DNA from: Nemertoderma westbladi
Taxonomy: Eukaryota > Animalia > Xenacoelomorpha
Assembly: GCA_032718475.1 (NCBI GenBank)
Contig: JAUCBJ010008976.1
Location: 62,001-126,000, forward strand
Length of the DNA: 64,000 nt
Direction of reading: 5' to 3'
The position numbers and the translations under genes were made by a program. The notes under the pieces were generated by a model, which was not told where the DNA came from, did no database searches, and was given only the letters and a program-made list of their open reading frames with translations. Positions within the stretch are counted from its first letter, which is position 1; each line of letters starts with the position of its first letter. Positions 60,022 through 64,000 of the stretch are shown here, in pieces.

Positions 60022-60829
60022 CGGCCCAGTTAAAACTAAGATCCCATGCAGTGTGACAGAGACATCAGGGTGCATGTTACCAGGCACCGCAGGCGCAGAG
60101 GACGAAGAGGAGAAACAAGAGATAGTAGAGCCAGATAGGGAGGTGACAGTAAGAAAGTGGGCAGAGGAGAGTAGGTCTCCCAGCATGCATCGGTATGGAG
60201 ATGGAGCGGAGCGGACAGCGAGGTGTCCGGAGGACAACACTCCGGGGGAGTGCCCGGAGGAGTGTCGGGAGGAGTGTCTAGAGGAGTGTCTGGAGGAGTG
60301 TCCAGAGGAGTGTCCGGAAGAGACGCAGGTCCGGGTTGGAGGCATACCGACAAGGGGGAAGTCGAGAAGGAAGGCAGGATGGAGAGGGGTAGGACTGCTG
60401 TTGTACCTCCTGTTTTGCCTGTTCTTTCACTTTCTATTCATTCTGCCACCGGGAGATAACAAGGAGGGAGATGGCATTTTGATGCCAGGAGACGAGATGG
60501 TTAAGAAGGCGGCGGAGAGACCCGATTTTGGGGTGGCGGAAGAGGGAGAACCAATTCCTGGTCAGTTGGAATTGGCGAAGAAGGTGTGGCGAAGAGTAAG
60601 AGGACGTATAGGAGGGCAGTGGGAGAGTGCCTACTGGAAGAAGGGGCACCTTAGAGTTTAGTCATCCAAGGTTTTGGACTGAGGGGGGTGGGAATGAGGG
60701 CGAGACAAGACGCCCTTCCCACAAGAAAATTAATTATTTAATTAAAAATAAACAATAAAAATAATTAAATAATAGTTAGAAGAGATAGTAAGTAGTAGTC
60801 AGGAGATAAGTTAGAAGAAGTAAGTAAGT

Positions 60830-61612
60830 TAGAAGGCGGCGGGGTAAGGGAGTGTGGCATATTGTCATGCCACGAGTAGTAGTAGGGAGGTTGTGGGCAC
60901 CGTAAGCGCCACGTAGAAGGATAGTAAGTAGAGAAGTTAGAAGGCGGCGGGGTAAGGGAGTGTGGCATATTGTCATGCCACGAGTAGTAGTAGGGGGGTC
61001 GTGGGCACCGGAAGCGCCACGTAGAAAGTAGCGGTGGTAGAGAGGTTGTGGGCACCGCAAGCGCCACGTAGAAAAGTAGTAGCAGAGAGTGGTTGTGGGC
61101 ACCGGAAGCGCCACGTAGAAAGTAGTAGGAGAGAGTGGTTGTGGGCACCGTAAGCGCCACGTAGAAAGTAGCAAGAGAGTGGTTGTGGGCACCGGAAGCG
61201 CCACGTAGAAAGTAGTAGCAGAGAGTGGTTGTGGGCACCGCAAGCGCCACGTAGATAGAGGTATTAGTTGAGGTGGAGATGTAGATAGAGTAGAGTAGTA
61301 GAGACGGGCACATAGGGTGCCAGAGAGTAGAGTAGTAGAGAGGGCACATAGGGTGCCAGGTAGTAGAGTTAGAGTGTTAGAGGTAGTAGAGAGGGCACAT
61401 AGGGTGCCAGAGAGTAGAGTAGTAGAGAGGGCACATAGGGTGCCAGGTAGTAGAGTAGTAGAGGGTAGATAGTAGAGTGGTTGTGGGCACCACAAGCGCC
61501 ACGTAGATAGAGGGTTTTAGTTAGAGTTAGTAGTAGAGTGGTTGTGGGCACCGCAAGCGCCACGTAGATGGAGGTAGTAGCAGAGGGTTGTGGGCACCCT
61601 AAGCGCCACGTA
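60830..61612 (+). repeat. Purine-rich tandem repeats within BEL element 2 (GTGGGCACCGNAAGCGCCAC x10; GGGCACATAGGGTGCCAG x4)
   Basis: Visible tandem ~44-50 bp units occupying the place of pol. Confidence 0.9.
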
Positions 61613-62087
61613 GTAGAAGAGTTAGAGTTAAAGTTAGTAGGCTTAGAGAGATAGTTAGAGTTAGTAAGAGAGTTAGATAGTTAGCAAGTGAGTAGTAGGT
61701 AGATAGTATGATAGCACAGGGGTAGCATTAGAGGTCAGGGCCTTAAAGAGTGGCAGGGAGTAGAGAGGAGATAGTGAAAGGAACTGTTGACGAGAGAGAA
61801 GAGTGCGATTCAGGTGTGGGGAGAGGGTAAGAGCGAGTTGAGTCAGAGAGCGGAGTTAGAGTGGTGAGAGTGTTGGGGAAACAAAAATTGTGTGAGAGAA
61901 GCGCACGATCGGCCCGACACGAGACGCCAGAGGGTAGTGACATCATACCCATAGGGAGCGGCCCAGAAAGCCGACTCCAAGAAAATAGATCCACCCCACA
62001 CCCGATAATAGATCGAGTTCCAGCGGAATTGAAGCGCACTTAGTGGTTGATGCTATCTTCTCACCGGGAAGATAGCATGGGGGGGAG

Positions 62088-62623
62088 TGTTAGCGAATCA
62101 ATTCCGCCTCACCAAACCCCATAAAGTGAGCCATAAAGCAATATTGGGAGCACGAGGTTGATTACCAATATCAACCTCGTGTCACCCCAATAAAGTGGGA
62201 AGGGAAGGAGAAACACACAATGGAGGTCAGGGGCCAAACCCCTAACCCAAAGAGAACAGGTGGAGTGAACGGGAACACTCCAAAGGGCGCCAACAGGGGT
62301 ATCAACATATCAGAGGGGGGAAAGGCATCGATTAGGTACAGCAATAAGGCCACCGTGCAATATAACCAGTTACCAGTAATCATACCAGTCAGTTATCCTA
62401 GTATCATATTGGTGCTAGTTAGGTTAGATAGTTTAGCTAGGGAAGGACCGGGACTTTAGTTACCGTATCCCGCCTTCCGTGTACAACAACCTATATCCAT
62501 ATCTATATCTTTATGCCGATTATTATATACAACGAACGATACGAACTCATTTACTCTTCACACACGGCGGGGACGCGTGAACTAACACCGGATAAACCGG
62601 GATCCTTCCTGGATCCCGTCACA
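62088..62623 (+). repeat. 3' LTR of BEL element 2 (536 bp)
   Basis: Direct repeat of 54926-55467 with a 6-bp microsatellite indel and a few substitutions. Confidence 0.97.
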
Positions 62624-63139
62624 TTCATTGCTTCTTCCTATCACATAGAGACGTTGTATTTTATTGACAAAAGGCATAGTTATCATTTAGTCCTACATCT
62701 ATTGCATACATTAAAGGGGGGCGGCGGGGGGGGGGGGGGTGGGCTATAACACATGTTGCAATTTATTTTTGCGCGTAAGGCATTTAATGTGGTACCTAAA
62801 ATGGACGAAGTTAATCACAATGAGACAGAAGTTATAAAGAAGGCGAATGATCGCTTGGTAAAAAGGTAAATGGGAAAATAAGGCAAAATGGAAAACTAAG
62901 TGCGATTTCTTGGAGTAGTAAGCACCTTGTTTCCATTATTATGTTGTTGAATTGGCCAACATTATTGGAAAATATTATAGCAGTGGGGAACAATTAATTA
63001 GTAGTTTAAATATTGTGGGGCGAGCCACGAAAGTAAGCGAGTTTAGCATACGGGTACCACTAACTCAATCGGTGTGTCTATCGTTCTGTTGTGTTCAATT
63101 TTAAACGTTAATGACTCAACCAAATCTTGATAAAATCTA

Positions 63140-63491
63140 TAGCACTACCCGGGCGCGGTGCCACGTTCCATATCTAACAGCACTACCCGGGCGCGGGGCC
63201 ACGTTCCATATCTAACAGCTCTACCCGGGCGCGGGGCCACGTTCCATGTCTAATAGCACTTCCCTGGCGCGGGGCCACGTTACATGTCTAATACCAGTAC
63301 CCGGGCGCGGGGCCACGTTACATGTCTAATACCAGTACCCGGGCGCGGGGCCACGTTACATGTCTAATACCAGTACCCGGGCGCGGGGCCATGTTACATG
63401 TCTAATACCAGTACCCGAGCGCGGGGCCACGTTACATGTCTAATAACACTACCAGGGCGCGGGGCCACGTTCCATGTCTAAAAGCACTACC
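63140..63491. repeat. 38-bp GC-rich minisatellite AGCACTACCCGGGCGCGGGGCCACGTT(C/A)CATGTCTAAT, ~9 copies
   Basis: Visible tandem units. Confidence 0.95.
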
Positions 63492-64000
63492 ATTTACCAT
63501 AGCATTTACCAGAATGTCACTGTTTGTGTATCCATGATAACAATGTTACCCTTCCCATACAAGCTGTGTTAAGCAATTGCATTTACAGTTGTACGAGTTC
63601 TAACTATGTTTCATGGGAAACACGTTGTTTCGTTGTTATTTAATTAATTGTTCCGTGACATATTGATAAATAGAAATTAGAATGCTCACCTCTCACACTT
63701 ATTTCACATTAGTAACTACTTTAATAGTTATTTGGGCATTTATGGCGATATTAATTTGGGTTGTATTAATTTTGATTATTATTATTAATTTGTATTAAAT
63801 ATAAAATTTTGAAAATTTTTCGCATATTTCTATGCTGGAAACGTCACACAAATCCGCTTCCACGATTGAGTATTGTCGTTAGTAATTAGTCACTTATTTT
63901 GCATTATTTAGGTTTGAAGTCAAATAATTTACCGTTAAATTAAATTGTTGCATATGTCATGATCATATACAACATTACAATTAAAGTAAGTAGGTTTTGT

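Larger units (their letters stand above)
54926..62623 (+). mobile_element. BEL/Pao LTR retrotransposon 2, non-autonomous (gag-PR only; RT, RH and most of IN missing)
   Basis: TG..CA LTRs at 54926-55467 and 62088-62623 with only a few differences; TSD TTCAT (54921-54925 / 62624-62628); empty site visible at ~32662; PPT GGGGGGGAG before the 3' LTR. Confidence 0.95.
32910..62873 (+). repeat. Tandem segmental duplication, copy 2, expanded by two LTR retrotransposon insertions
   Basis: Colinear with 28133-32909 once 37458-54116 and 54926-62628 are removed. It lacks ~180 bp present at ~28641-28822. Confidence 0.9.

Noticed and set aside
60014-60661. 215-aa ORF with ECPEECLEE repeats and a hydrophobic stretch, possibly env-like
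   Set aside because: It has a non-ATG start, is built from a 12-bp repeat, and has no signal peptide or fusion-protein motifs. It is probably degraded pol-region sequence.
63010-63491. Possible Helentron/DINE-like non-autonomous element around the 38-bp repeat
   Set aside because: No subterminal inverted repeats or ends could be fixed with confidence.

Overview
Eukaryotic, most likely invertebrate-metazoan, repeat-nest DNA with no recognisable host gene. From left to right it holds a decayed CRE-clade non-LTR retrotransposon, two 5'-truncated RTE-clade LINE copies, and a Penelope-like remnant with a minimal hammerhead ribozyme. Next is an 18.7-kb Polinton/Maverick-type element (9081-27736; AGTAGT termini, ~440-bp TIRs, AATTAC 6-bp TSD) with a CR1-like LINE inserted near its left end. 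It keeps an intact protein-primed PolB but shows no integrase, ATPase, protease or capsid ORF. Instead it carries a divergent TATA-binding-protein-like ORF, a 569-aa ORF with PC4-like segments, a C2H2-finger remnant, a tRNA B-box-like array and a putative three-exon spliced leader. After it comes a tandem segmental duplication containing a MITE-like element with an internal 30-bp satellite. Two BEL/Pao LTR retrotransposons sit in the second copy, one with a LINE fragment in its LTR. Both lack a TGG tRNA primer-binding site and instead have a GTA-starting PBS complementary to their own LTR, which suggests Tf1-like self-priming. All protein family calls come from motif recognition by eye; no searches were run.
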